Below are positions 19,233-28,993 of a stretch of 64,000 bases of DNA, piece by piece. A program made the translations under genes and the position numbers. Position 1 is the first letter of the stretch. Each line of letters begins with the position of its first letter. The stretch is from Candidatus Omnitrophota bacterium (GTDB taxonomy: Bacteria > Omnitrophota > Gorgyraeia > Gygaellales > Profunditerraquicolaceae): contig QZKH01000002.1 in the NCBI GenBank assembly GCA_003598025.1, positions 138,133 to 202,132 of the forward strand, read 5' to 3'. The notes under the pieces are model-generated. The model did no database searches. It worked only from the letters and a program-made list of their open reading frames with translations, and was not told the origin of the DNA.

Positions 19233-20494
19233 GAGAGATGAGATATCTGGCTAAAGCTGGTGAGTTTCTTGCCGGAGGAGTTAACAGCCCCGTGCGCAGC
19301 TTTAATAAGATTGGGATAAAGCCGGTATATATAAAGCGTGGCGCCGGTTCAAAGGTATATGATTATAAGGGCAAGCGTTATATAGATTATTTACTTTATT
19401 GGGGCTCGATAATCCTGGGGCACAAGTATAAGCCGGTTATACGAGATGTAAAAAATTCGCTTAATAAAGGTTTTGGATTCGGTACCACAAATGACAGAGA
19501 AATAGAATTGGCAAGAATCATAAAGAAGGCAATTCCTTTCGCAGAAAAGCTGAGGTTCGTTAATTCCGGGACCGAAGCGGTAATGTCGGCGGTAAGGCTG
19601 GCAAGAGGTTTTACGAAGAGGGATATCGTCGTAAAATTCACAAATTCTTATCATGGGCATGCTGATTATTTGCTTGCTAAAGGCGGCTCAGGTTTGGCTA
19701 CTCTTAGATTACCTTTTAGCAATGGCATACCCGATAATTATTTAAAAGATACTATTGTCATCAAGGCAGGCGATGAGGATGCCTTGAACAATATATTCAG
19801 GAAACACGGCGTGAAGATCGCTGCGGTTTTGGTGGAACCCGTGGGTGGAAATTATGGGGTTATTCCACCTGATATTAATTTTTTACAAAAATTAAGGCGT
19901 ATAACCGATGCTTATAGGTCTGTCTTGATTTTTGATGAAGTTATCACCGGTTTTCGTTTTAGTTTTAGTTCTGTTGCGCAATCTTTTGGGATAAAGCCGG
20001 ATTTGATCTGCCTTGGCAAGATAATTGGCGGAGGCCTTCCTATTGGAGCGTATGCAGGCCCAGCTAAAATCATGGATAATCTTGCTCCGGAGGGTAAGGT
20101 TTATCAGGCTTCCACATTTTCCGGCAATCCTATAGTGATGCAGGCAGGCATTAGCTCCCTAAGCGCGCTGGCTAAACTAAAAAGACTATATCCGATGCTG
20201 GATACGATGGCCCGTTTTTTATCCAGCCATATTGAGGATATAGCCAGTATCGAGGGAGTTGACTTAAGAATCCCTTATTTTGGCGGTATGTTTAGTTTCA
20301 ACTTCAGAAATAGCAGTACATTCAGGGAGTTTTATAAGCTTATGCTTAAAAAGGGAGTGCTTTTTGCCCCTTCTGAATTTGAGGCCAATTTTATTTCATT
20401 TGCCCATTCCAAGAAAGATATCGAAGATACCATTTCTGCTTCCAGATGGGCGCTAAAAGAGTTAAGAAAAAGGAGAATGCGTAGATGGACATAG
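19211..20494 (+). CDS. hemL: Glutamate-1-semialdehyde 2,1-aminomutase
   Basis: GGVNSPVR, NSGTEA, YHGHAD, FDEVITGFR, GKIIGGGLP. Confidence 0.95.
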   Translation: MVKRKLLREMRYLAKAGEFLAGGVNSPVRSFNKIGIKPVYIKRGAGSKVYDYKGKRYIDYLLYWGSIILGHKYKPVIRDVKNSLNKGFGFGTTNDREIELARIIKKAIPFAEKLRFVNSGTEAVMSAVRLARGFTKRDIVVKFTNSYHGHADYLLAKGGSGLATLRLPFSNGIPDNYLKDTIVIKAGDEDALNNIFRKHGVKIAAVLVEPVGGNYGVIPPDINFLQKLRRITDAYRSVLIFDEVITGFRFSFSSVAQSFGIKPDLICLGKIIGGGLPIGAYAGPAKIMDNLAPEGKVYQASTFSGNPIVMQAGISSLSALAKLKRLYPMLDTMARFLSSHIEDIASIEGVDLRIPYFGGMFSFNFRNSSTFREFYKLMLKKGVLFAPSEFEANFISFAHSKKDIEDTISASRWALKELRKRRMRRWT

Positions 20495-21222
20495 ATTACG
20501 ATGGATTAAAGAGGCGAGGTTTTCTTAGGCAGAGGCAGGATGGTTTCTTTGTCGTACGGACCCGTATGTCTAATGGCGTATATTCCAAAGACCAGATAGA
20601 TAAAATAAACGAGATAGCCGTTAAATTCGGCAAAGGTTTTGTACATGCCACGACAAGGCAGGGCTTAGAAATCCCCTTCATCAGGTTCGAGGATATTGAG
20701 AGTGTAGAGGCGGAATTAAAAAAAGCCAGTTTAGATACCGGGACATCCGGGCCGCGCTTGAGGACAACAACGACCTGCCCGGGGACAGAATGGTGCAAAT
20801 CCGCGCTTATTAATACTTTTTCGCTTTCAGGCAGGATTGAGAAAGAGCTTAACATAAGGTGTGCAATGGATTTGCCGCATAAATTTAAGATATCGATTTC
20901 CGGATGCCCTAATACATGCACCCGCCCGCAGGCCAGTGAAATAGGCATTCACGGAGAAGCGGATCTAAAATCATCCCAGCGGCGTATTGCTTATGCGGTT
21001 TATTTGGGAGGCTGCGGAGGCCGTACTCCCAGAACAGGCTTTAAGCTGGATAGATTGTTCAGCGAAGACGAAGTCCTGGTAATAGTTGAGAAAGTTGTAA
21101 GGTTCTTTAAAGATAATGCTAAACCGAGGCAAAGGTTAGCATTATTAATCGAAGAGTTGGGAAGAGAAGTGTTTTTAAAAACATCCGGGCTTAAAGAGCT
21201 GATTATACAACAAGGAGGGTAG
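20485..21222 (+). CDS. Minimal siroheme-[4Fe-4S] sulfite/nitrite reductase-like protein
   Basis: TTRQG, TCPGTEWC, LPHKFKISISGCPNTC; follows siroheme genes. Confidence 0.8.
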   Translation: MDIDYDGLKRRGFLRQRQDGFFVVRTRMSNGVYSKDQIDKINEIAVKFGKGFVHATTRQGLEIPFIRFEDIESVEAELKKASLDTGTSGPRLRTTTTCPGTEWCKSALINTFSLSGRIEKELNIRCAMDLPHKFKISISGCPNTCTRPQASEIGIHGEADLKSSQRRIAYAVYLGGCGGRTPRTGFKLDRLFSEDEVLVIVEKVVRFFKDNAKPRQRLALLIEELGREVFLKTSGLKELIIQQGG

Positions 21223-21401
21223 ATAAAAAATATGCCTGTTACTTTTAGCGGTAATTTTAAATACTGCGTATTTTCTGTTCTTGCTTATAAGGATAAGGTT
21301 GATTCTTGGTTTTCCTTTCCAATGCAGGTTAAAAAAATATTGTTAATTACCACTGTTTGAGGGATAATAAAAAATAAGCATTTTAAAAATAGGAGGAAAT
21401 A

Positions 21402-22697
21402 ATGAGTAAAAATGACAAAACATTGAAAGCAGAATCAATCCTTTTACACGGCGGACAGGAGCCTGATCCCGCAACCGGTGCACGAGCCGTCCCCATATAT
21501 CAAACTACGTCTTACCAATTCAAGAGCACGGAACATGCTGCAAATCTGTTTGGCCTTAAGGAGTTCGGTAATATATATACGCGCCTAATGAACCCCACAA
21601 CGGATGTTTTAGAAAAGAGAATGGCTTTACTTGACGGGGGAGTTGGAGCCTTAGCTGTTTCAAGCGGGCAGTCTGCTATTACCCTGGCGCTCTTAAATAT
21701 CGCTCAGGCAGGCGATGAGATCGTTTCCGCAGATAATCTATACGGAGGGACATATACCTTATTCCATTATACTTTCCAGCGCCTTGGCGTGAAGGTGAGG
21801 TTTGTCAAATCAAACGATTTAGATGCTTTTCAGAAAGCGATTACTCCAAAAACCAAGGCCATTTATGCAGAATCTATCGGCAACCCAAAGCTGGATGTAG
21901 CTGACCTTGAAGGTATTTCAAAGGTAGCGCATAAGAATGGCGTACCTTTTGTCTTGGATAATACCGTATCGCCATATCTTTTAAAACCCATAGATTACGG
22001 GACAGATATAGTGGTATATTCCGCGACCAAATTCATAGGCGGGCACGGCACCTCGATAGGCGGCGTAATCGTTGATTCGGGGAAATTCGACTGGACTAAC
22101 GGCAAGTTCCCTCTGATTTCCGAGCCCGACCCCAGTTATCACGGAATAAATTTTGTAGAAGCCCTAAAGCCGCTCGGAAATATCGCATATATTATCAAGG
22201 CAAGGGTTACACTTTTAAGAGATATAGGTACAGCCATGTCGCCGTTTAATGCTTTTCTTTTCTTGCAGGGGCTTGAGACTTTACACCTCAGGATAATAAG
22301 GCATTCGGAGAACGCCTTGGCGGTAGCTAAATTCCTGGAGAAACACCCAAGGGTGGCCTGGGTTAATTATCCCGGATTAGATTCGAGCCCGGAAAAGGCA
22401 AGGGTTAAGAAATACCTCTCCAGGGGCGCCGGTGCCATAATAGGTTTTGGGATAAAGGGGGGAGCTAGCGCCGGAAAGAAATTTATTGATTCACTTGAAT
22501 TAGTTTCCCATCTTGCCAATATCGGCGATGCCAAGAGCCTGGCGATACACCCTGCGACTACCACACATCAGCAATTATCCGAGCAGGAGCAGTTAGATAC
22601 CGGAGTAACTCCTGATTTCGTGCGCTTATCAATTGGCATCGAGAATATAGACGATATTATCAAAGACATAGAGCAGGCTTTAAATAAAAGTAAATAG
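21402..22697 (+). CDS. metY: O-acetylhomoserine/O-acetylserine sulfhydrylase
   Basis: [36 protein letters not shown]. Confidence 0.93.
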   Translation: MSKNDKTLKAESILLHGGQEPDPATGARAVPIYQTTSYQFKSTEHAANLFGLKEFGNIYTRLMNPTTDVLEKRMALLDGGVGALAVSSGQSAITLALLNIAQAGDEIVSADNLYGGTYTLFHYTFQRLGVKVRFVKSNDLDAFQKAITPKTKAIYAESIGNPKLDVADLEGISKVAHKNGVPFVLDNTVSPYLLKPIDYGTDIVVYSATKFIGGHGTSIGGVIVDSGKFDWTNGKFPLISEPDPSYHGINFVEALKPLGNIAYIIKARVTLLRDIGTAMSPFNAFLFLQGLETLHLRIIRHSENALAVAKFLEKHPRVAWVNYPGLDSSPEKARVKKYLSRGAGAIIGFGIKGGASAGKKFIDSLELVSHLANIGDAKSLAIHPATTTHQQLSEQEQLDTGVTPDFVRLSIGIENIDDIIKDIEQALNKSK

Positions 22698-22722
22698 AGC
22701 ATATAGTTAGGAGGTTACAATA

Positions 22723-23658
22723 ATGGCTAAAATATTTAATGATATCACAGAAACCGTAGGTAATACTCCTTTGGTAAAAATAAATAATATCACAAAAAAT
22801 ACAGGAGCCACTGTTTTAGCAAAGCTCGAGTTTTTTAACCCTCTTTCCAGTGTCAAAGACAGAATCGGGGTAGCTATGATAGAGGCAGCTGAGAAAAAAG
22901 GCCTGCTTAAAAAAGGCTCTGTTATAGTTGAGCCCACAAGCGGCAATACGGGTATTGCGCTTGCTTTTGTTGCCGCAGCCAAAGGCTACAAGTTGATTTT
23001 GACTATGCCGGATACTATGAGCGTTGAAAGGCGCCAGTTGCTAAAGATACTTGGAGCAGAGTTAGTATTGACAGACGGCACAAAGGGGATGAAGGGGGCA
23101 GTGGATAAAGCCGAAGAGATCGCAAAAGGCATGCCGAACAGCTTTGTCCCGCAGCAGTTTAATAATCCGGCTAATCCCGACATACACAGAAAGACCACGG
23201 CTGAAGAAATATGGTCAGATACACAAGGGGCCCTGGATATATTTGTTGCAGGAATCGGGACCGGTGGTACAATAACTGGTGTTGGCGAGGTATTAAAAAG
23301 CAGGAAACCGTCGGTAAAAATCATCGGCGTTGAGCCTATTGATTCTCCGGTATTATCCGGGGGCAAGCCCGGACCGCATAAGATACAGGGTATTGGCGCC
23401 GGCTTCATCCCGGGGGTACTTAATGTCAAGCTGCTTGATGAGATTATTAAGGTAAGACATGAAGACGCGGCATTTGTGGCAAAGGAACTTGCCAGCAAAG
23501 AAGGGATTTTTGTCGGTATTTCAAGCGGAGCTGCTATGTGGGCAGCTTTAGAGGTTGCAAAAAGGCAGGAATCAAGAGGTAAAACTATCGTAGTCGTCCT
23601 TCCGGACACAGGAGAAAGGTACTTGTCTACCTGGTTATACCAGGAATTTCTGAATTAA
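22723..23658 (+). CDS. cysK: Cysteine synthase A (second paralog)
   Basis: [37 protein letters not shown]. Confidence 0.95.
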   Translation: MAKIFNDITETVGNTPLVKINNITKNTGATVLAKLEFFNPLSSVKDRIGVAMIEAAEKKGLLKKGSVIVEPTSGNTGIALAFVAAAKGYKLILTMPDTMSVERRQLLKILGAELVLTDGTKGMKGAVDKAEEIAKGMPNSFVPQQFNNPANPDIHRKTTAEEIWSDTQGALDIFVAGIGTGGTITGVGEVLKSRKPSVKIIGVEPIDSPVLSGGKPGPHKIQGIGAGFIPGVLNVKLLDEIIKVRHEDAAFVAKELASKEGIFVGISSGAAMWAALEVAKRQESRGKTIVVVLPDTGERYLSTWLYQEFLN

Positions 23659-23659
23659 C

Positions 23660-24781
23660 ATGAAGAGCAAAGGGTTAGGAATAGTTAAAGAACAATATTT
23701 TGAATTCGCTGATAGTCCCCATGAACTTAAGCTTGAGTCGGGACAAAAATTGGGTCCGATCACTCTTGCATATGAAACTTATGGCCAGCTTAGCCAAAAT
23801 TCGGATAATGCCATATTAGTCGCACATGCCCTTTCGGGAGACGCGCATGCCGCTGGTTTTCATGAAGGCGATAAAGAACCCGGCTGGTGGGATGCGATGA
23901 TCGGACCAGGCAAAGCCCTTGATACTGATAAATACTTTGTAATTTGTTCTAATGTAATCGGAGGATGCAAGGGCAGCACAGGACCGTCCTCTATAAATCC
24001 TGAATCGGGGAAACCCTATGCTCTGGATTTTCCGGTAATAACTATTGCAGATATGGTAAAGGCCCAGAAGCACCTGATTGACCATCTGGGGATAAAAAAA
24101 TTATTATGTGTCATAGGCGGGTCTATGGGCGGGATGCAGGCCTTACAGTGGGTTGCTTCATACCCTGAGAATGTATGTTCGTCAATACCTATTGCTACAG
24201 CCTTGAAACATTCGCCACAACAAATAGCTTTTGATGAGGTTGGCCGGCAGTCTGTGATGGCTGATCCGAACTGGGATAACGGCAATTATTACGGTAAGGC
24301 AGAGCCCGACAGGGGCCTTGCTGTTGCCCGTATGATCGGCCATATAACATATATGAGCGATCAGTCAATGGAAGAGAAATTCTCCCGGCGCCTTAAGGAC
24401 AAGAATTATAGCTTTAAATTTACAGCTGATTTCGAGGTAGAGGGGTATTTAAAATACAGGGGAGAGAATTTTGTAAAAAGATTTGATGCAAATTCCTATC
24501 TGTATATAACCAAGGCTATGGATTATTTTGACCTTTCACAAGGGAAATTGTTCCCGCGGGATAAAAAAATTAACTTAAGATTTCTTGTCATAGCGTTTAA
24601 ATCCGACTGGCTTTATCCTTCTTACCAGTCCCAGGAGATAGTGCGCCAGTTAAAGACAAGGGGCCTGGATGCAACATATTGTGAGATAAAGTCGACTTAC
24701 GGCCATGATGCGTTTTTAGTGGAGATAGAAGAGCAAACGCGTTTGATCAAGCATTTCTTAAAAAAGACTTACAACGGTTAA
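23660..24781 (+). CDS. metX: Homoserine O-acetyltransferase
   Basis: [28 protein letters not shown]. Confidence 0.95.
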   Translation: MKSKGLGIVKEQYFEFADSPHELKLESGQKLGPITLAYETYGQLSQNSDNAILVAHALSGDAHAAGFHEGDKEPGWWDAMIGPGKALDTDKYFVICSNVIGGCKGSTGPSSINPESGKPYALDFPVITIADMVKAQKHLIDHLGIKKLLCVIGGSMGGMQALQWVASYPENVCSSIPIATALKHSPQQIAFDEVGRQSVMADPNWDNGNYYGKAEPDRGLAVARMIGHITYMSDQSMEEKFSRRLKDKNYSFKFTADFEVEGYLKYRGENFVKRFDANSYLYITKAMDYFDLSQGKLFPRDKKINLRFLVIAFKSDWLYPSYQSQEIVRQLKTRGLDATYCEIKSTYGHDAFLVEIEEQTRLIKHFLKKTYNG

Positions 24782-24785
24782 TAAA

Positions 24786-25397
24786 ATGCAGGATAGTAAA
24801 CTGAAATCAGCTTCTTTGGATCATAGGGTTATTTTTGACATAGTCAAGGACTCTGCGAAGGTCTTGGATTTAGGCTGCGGGGACGGAGAGTTAATGTATC
24901 TTTTATCCAGGGATAAAGGAGCTTCAGTCCAGGGCATCGAGCTTGATTATGAGGCAATCCATAAGTGCGTAGAGAAAGGCTTAAGCGTTTTTCACGGCGA
25001 TATAGACAGCGGTCTTCATGAATATCCGAATAAATCATTTGATTATGTAATACTTGATCAAAGTTTACAGCAGGTTAAGAAAGCTGACTATGTCATCCAT
25101 GAAGCATTGCGTGTAGGCAGGCAGGTAATAGTGGGTTTCCCCAATTTTGCATTCATAAAATCTAGGTTTATGATGTTTTTCTGCGGCAAGGCGCCGATAA
25201 CCAAATCGCTTCCTTATCATTGGTATGATACCCCTAACCTTAAATTTTTGAGCATCTCAGATTTTAAAGGCTATTGCCGGGAAAAAAAGATAAAGATTGT
25301 TAAAGCGTATTATCTGGGTAAGAAAAGTTTAATCAGGTTATGGCCAAACCTTTTTGCGCTAAATGCAATTTTTGTCATTGAAAACGGCTCCGGATAA
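24786..25397 (+). CDS. metW: Methionine biosynthesis protein MetW
   Basis: VLDLGCGDG, FPNF, LPYHWYDTPN; follows metX. Confidence 0.92.
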   Translation: MQDSKLKSASLDHRVIFDIVKDSAKVLDLGCGDGELMYLLSRDKGASVQGIELDYEAIHKCVEKGLSVFHGDIDSGLHEYPNKSFDYVILDQSLQQVKKADYVIHEALRVGRQVIVGFPNFAFIKSRFMMFFCGKAPITKSLPYHWYDTPNLKFLSISDFKGYCREKKIKIVKAYYLGKKSLIRLWPNLFALNAIFVIENGSG

Positions 25398-25410
25398 AAC
25401 AGGGGAATAA

Positions 25411-25704
25411 ATGTCTGTTACGGTAAAGAAGATAAGGGCCGGCAAAAAGTATATCGATGCCCTGGTAGTAAAACTCCAGAGCAAGAACTTGGTCCTGATA
25501 AGAGGTTCCCGTGGGTATATTATGTGCGGGTATCTTGACTTAGGTGCCGCCGAGAAATTTAAGGATACTGCAGTGGTTGTCAAAGGTGTTGAAGATATTG
25601 ATGACGTATTAAAATCTAAGGTATATTCTTGCACGAGCGAAGCTTCAAAATTAGGCATATATGCAGGGCAACCGATAAAGGATATATTAGAAATCATCTG
25701 CTAA
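25411..25704 (+). CDS. YunC/DUF1805-like protein
   Basis: GYIMCGYLD, VKGV, LGI..G pattern. Confidence 0.7.
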   Translation: MSVTVKKIRAGKKYIDALVVKLQSKNLVLIRGSRGYIMCGYLDLGAAEKFKDTAVVVKGVEDIDDVLKSKVYSCTSEASKLGIYAGQPIKDILEIIC

Positions 25705-25717
25705 AAAGGGGTAACCG

Positions 25718-25939
25718 ATGAAAGAAAAAGTTGAGAAAGCTCTAAATAAAGTGCGCCCGATGCTGGCTGCTGACGGAGGAGACGTAGCGCTTATCGATGT
25801 AACAAAGGACGGAGTGGTGAAGCTTAAATTGACCGGTAGCTGCGGGTGCTGCCCGATGAGCCAAATGACATTAAAGATGGGTATTGAGAGGATCTTGAGA
25901 GAAGAAGTCCCCGAAATAAAGGAAGTAATCGCAATATAA
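25718..25939 (+). CDS. NifU C-terminal (Nfu) Fe-S carrier
   Basis: [27 protein letters not shown]. Confidence 0.9.
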   Translation: MKEKVEKALNKVRPMLAADGGDVALIDVTKDGVVKLKLTGSCGCCPMSQMTLKMGIERILREEVPEIKEVIAI

Positions 25940-25997
25940 GTTTTTCTCTTCTTTGGTTTGCTTAGCCGTTATAAAATAAAAAGGCCTCTATCTTTCC

Positions 25998-26813
25998 ATG
26001 CAAACAATAGCTGCAAAAATTAAAAAATTAGAAAAAATAATCAAAGACATGGATTCAGCGCTCCTTGCGTATTCAGGCGGACTCGATAGCACTTTTTTAC
26101 TCAAGGTTGCTTCGAAGGTATTAGGCACCAGCCTTATTGCGGTGACGGCAAAATCCGAAACTTATCCCGAATACGAACTTAGGTCTGCTAAAAAAAGCGC
26201 ACGTAAGCTGAAAGTCAGGCATATTATTATCAAGACCAATGAGCTGAAGGACCCCAGGTTCAGCGCAAACCCCAAGAACAGGTGTTATTTTTGTAAAAAA
26301 GAATTATTTTCGCTTCTCTTAAAACTAGCTAAGAAGAATAATACCAGATTTGTTATAGACGCAAGTAACCTGACTGATAAAAAAGATTACCGTCCCGGAA
26401 GCGTAGCTAAGAAAGAGCTGGGAATACGTTCTCCGCTGCAGGAAGCAGGCTTTACTAAAGACGATATCCGTTCTGCATCTAAGATGCTTGGCCTGGATGT
26501 ATGGGATAAGCCGGCTTTTGCTTGCCTGGCATCCAGGATCCCTTACGGCGATTACATAACTCCAAAATTACTTAAACGCATTGAGTATGCCGAAAGCCTG
26601 ATAAGAGGCCTTGGCTTTAGGCAGAACAGAGTCAGGGACTACGGCCGTCAGTGCAGGATTGAAGTGCCGCTTGAGGATTTGCAGAGATTATTAAAATCAA
26701 GGGATTTAGTGATAGGAAAATTTAAAAAGCTGGGTTATAATTACATAACGCTTGATTTAGAGGGTTATCGCAGCGGCAGCATGAATACAGTTTTAAAGAA
26801 GGATAAGTTATGA
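25998..26813 (+). CDS. larE: ATP-dependent sulfur transferase LarE
   Basis: SGGLDS PP-loop, RCYFCK, DYRPG, ACLASRIPYG, GYRSGSMN. Confidence 0.9.
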   Translation: MQTIAAKIKKLEKIIKDMDSALLAYSGGLDSTFLLKVASKVLGTSLIAVTAKSETYPEYELRSAKKSARKLKVRHIIIKTNELKDPRFSANPKNRCYFCKKELFSLLLKLAKKNNTRFVIDASNLTDKKDYRPGSVAKKELGIRSPLQEAGFTKDDIRSASKMLGLDVWDKPAFACLASRIPYGDYITPKLLKRIEYAESLIRGLGFRQNRVRDYGRQCRIEVPLEDLQRLLKSRDLVIGKFKKLGYNYITLDLEGYRSGSMNTVLKKDKL

Positions 26814-27973
26814 AAAGAACATATCTTGATTATGCAGCAACCACCCCGGCCGACAATGAAGTAGTAGAGGCGATGAAGCCGTATTTCTCTGAAAAGTTTG
26901 GCAATCCTTCCAGCATACATTCATTCGGGCAGGAAGCAAAGCAGGCTATAGAAAAAAGCCGCAGGGATTTGGCTGATTTCTTAGGCGCAAAACCGGAAGA
27001 GATAGTTTTTACTTCCGGAGGTACCGAGTCTGACAATTATGCGATTGAAGGCGTAGCCTACGCCTTGGAAAAAAAGGGCAACCATATTATAACCAGCGCA
27101 ATAGAACACCACGCAATTACTGAATGCTGCAGTTTTCTGGAGAAAAGAGGGTTCAAGGTTACTTATGTAAAAGTCGATAAATACGGCTTACTTGATCCGT
27201 CAGATATCAAGAAAGCAATTACTGATAAGACGATATTGATTTCAGTCATGCATGCAAATAATGAAATCGGCACTATCCAGCCTGTCGCTGAAATAGGCAG
27301 GATAGCTCAAGAGAACAATATATGTTTTCATACCGATGCTGTGCAGACTGTCGGCCACATCCCGGTTAATGTCAATGATCTGGGAGTAGATATGTTATCG
27401 TTGTCAGCCCATAAATTTTATGGCCCAAAAGGCGTGGGGGCGCTATATATTAGGAAAGGCACGCGCATAAACAGGTTCTTGCATGGCGGTGACCAGGAAA
27501 ATGGCAGGCGTGCTTCTACTCATAATACAACCGGCATAGTCGGTTTAGGCAAAGCCATAGAATTATGCAGCAGTAAAATGAATGCAGAAGCAAAATTTCA
27601 GGCCAAATTAAGGGATAAACTGATAAGAGAAATCCCCAAAAGGATACCCGAATCATATCTTAACGGGCATGATGTAAAACGGTTACCGAATAATGTCAAT
27701 TTCTCCATAAAATACATTGAAGGCGAATCAATGCTGCTTAACTTGGACATGCTTGGGATTGCCGCTTCTACCGGTTCAGCCTGTACCTCTACTTCACTTG
27801 AGCCGTCTCATGTACTATTGGCTATAGGGTTACCGCATGAAATAGCTCACGGTTCAATAAGGCTGACTCTGGGAAGATGGACCAAGGAAGAAGACATTGA
27901 TTATATTCTGGAGCACCTGCCGAAAATTGCTGCAAAATTGCGCGCAATGTCCCCTCTTTATGAGAAAAAATAA
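26810..27973 (+). CDS. iscS: Cysteine desulfurase NifS/IscS
   Basis: YLDYAATTP, GNPSS, SAHKFYGPKG, STGSACTS. Confidence 0.93.
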   Translation: MKRTYLDYAATTPADNEVVEAMKPYFSEKFGNPSSIHSFGQEAKQAIEKSRRDLADFLGAKPEEIVFTSGGTESDNYAIEGVAYALEKKGNHIITSAIEHHAITECCSFLEKRGFKVTYVKVDKYGLLDPSDIKKAITDKTILISVMHANNEIGTIQPVAEIGRIAQENNICFHTDAVQTVGHIPVNVNDLGVDMLSLSAHKFYGPKGVGALYIRKGTRINRFLHGGDQENGRRASTHNTTGIVGLGKAIELCSSKMNAEAKFQAKLRDKLIREIPKRIPESYLNGHDVKRLPNNVNFSIKYIEGESMLLNLDMLGIAASTGSACTSTSLEPSHVLLAIGLPHEIAHGSIRLTLGRWTKEEDIDYILEHLPKIAAKLRAMSPLYEKK

Positions 27974-27975
27974 TC

Positions 27976-28932
27976 ATGCAGGATAAAATAGTCAATTTGC
28001 TAAAAAGAAGGTCTGGATATGTCTCGGGTGAAGAGATAGCCCATCATCTAGGAATAAGCCGCCAGGGCCTATGGAAACATATCCAGGATTTAAGAAACTC
28101 CGGATATGATATAGTCGCTATACCGCATTTAGGGTATGAATTAGTTTCTTTGCCCGACAGGCTGTTTGCCTCTGAAATAACCTCGGGACTTAACACTAAA
28201 TTCATTGGCCGCAAGATATATTATTTTGATCATCTATCTTCCACTATGGAAGTAGCTCTCCAGCTTGGCCTGAAGAACGCTCCAGAGGGGACGCTTGTTT
28301 TGGCGGAAGGGCAGAGCAAGGGAAGAGGCAGGCTTGGCAGAAGCTGGATTTCTCCAAAATTCAAAGGCATATACCTCTCGGTTATTTTAAGGCCCAAGAT
28401 TTCCCCCAATGCAATACCGGTGATAACCCTATTATCCGCAGTGAGTATTTGCGAAGCCATACATAATATTACCGGATTATCCTGCCAGATAAAGTGGCCT
28501 AATGATGTATTAATCGCAAACAAAAAAGTTTCCGGTGTATTAACAGAATTGAATGCTGAAGCAGACCAGACTTCTTTTGTAATTATCGGCGCAGGTATAA
28601 ATGTAAACAATGATAAAAAAGACCTTATTGCTTCGGCTACTTCGTTAAAAGAGCATAAAAAAAGCCCGATTGACCGGGTCAAACTGCTTCAGGAGGTCCT
28701 CGCCAGGTTAGAGCATAATTACATAATTTTCCAGAAAGGCTCAAGCGCCCCGGTGCTGGAGCGCTGGCGTGAGTTCAGCTCTACATTGAACAGGAGGATA
28801 AGGATTAATTCTTACAGGCTGCATATAGAAGGCCAGGCAATTGATATTGACTCCGACGGCGCGCTTATGATAAGAGAGGATAGCGGTATCATAAGGAAAG
28901 TCACGGCAGGAGACATAACACATTGTAGATGA
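27976..28932 (+). CDS. birA: Bifunctional biotin ligase/repressor (group II, N-terminal wHTH)
   Basis: SGEEIA..LGISRQ.LWKHI HTH; QSKGRGRLGRSW; KWPND; KVSGVL. Confidence 0.93.
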   Translation: MQDKIVNLLKRRSGYVSGEEIAHHLGISRQGLWKHIQDLRNSGYDIVAIPHLGYELVSLPDRLFASEITSGLNTKFIGRKIYYFDHLSSTMEVALQLGLKNAPEGTLVLAEGQSKGRGRLGRSWISPKFKGIYLSVILRPKISPNAIPVITLLSAVSICEAIHNITGLSCQIKWPNDVLIANKKVSGVLTELNAEADQTSFVIIGAGINVNNDKKDLIASATSLKEHKKSPIDRVKLLQEVLARLEHNYIIFQKGSSAPVLERWREFSSTLNRRIRINSYRLHIEGQAIDIDSDGALMIREDSGIIRKVTAGDITHCR

Positions 28933-28965
28933 TTGTAAACCAAGTTTAAATAATAAGTTGACAAT
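28932..28965. promoter_or_regulatory. Candidate BirA operator ATTGTAAAC-N16-GTTGACAAT overlapping -35
   Basis: Inverted repeat matching wwTGTwAAC-N14-16-GTTwACAww pattern right after birA. Confidence 0.65.
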
Positions 28966-28986
28966 TAGGTTTCTCTAATTTATAAT
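28958..28986 (+). promoter_or_regulatory. Consensus sigma-70 promoter (leaderless) of TonB receptor
   Basis: TTGACA-N17-TATAAT, ATG 7 nt downstream, no SD. Confidence 0.8.
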
Positions 28987-28993
28987 CGCTCTT

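Noticed and set aside
21232-21360. 42-aa ORF before metY as a leader peptide, or a SAM riboswitch there
   Set aside because: RBS is 13 nt away, no Met/Cys enrichment, and no S-box core motifs seen
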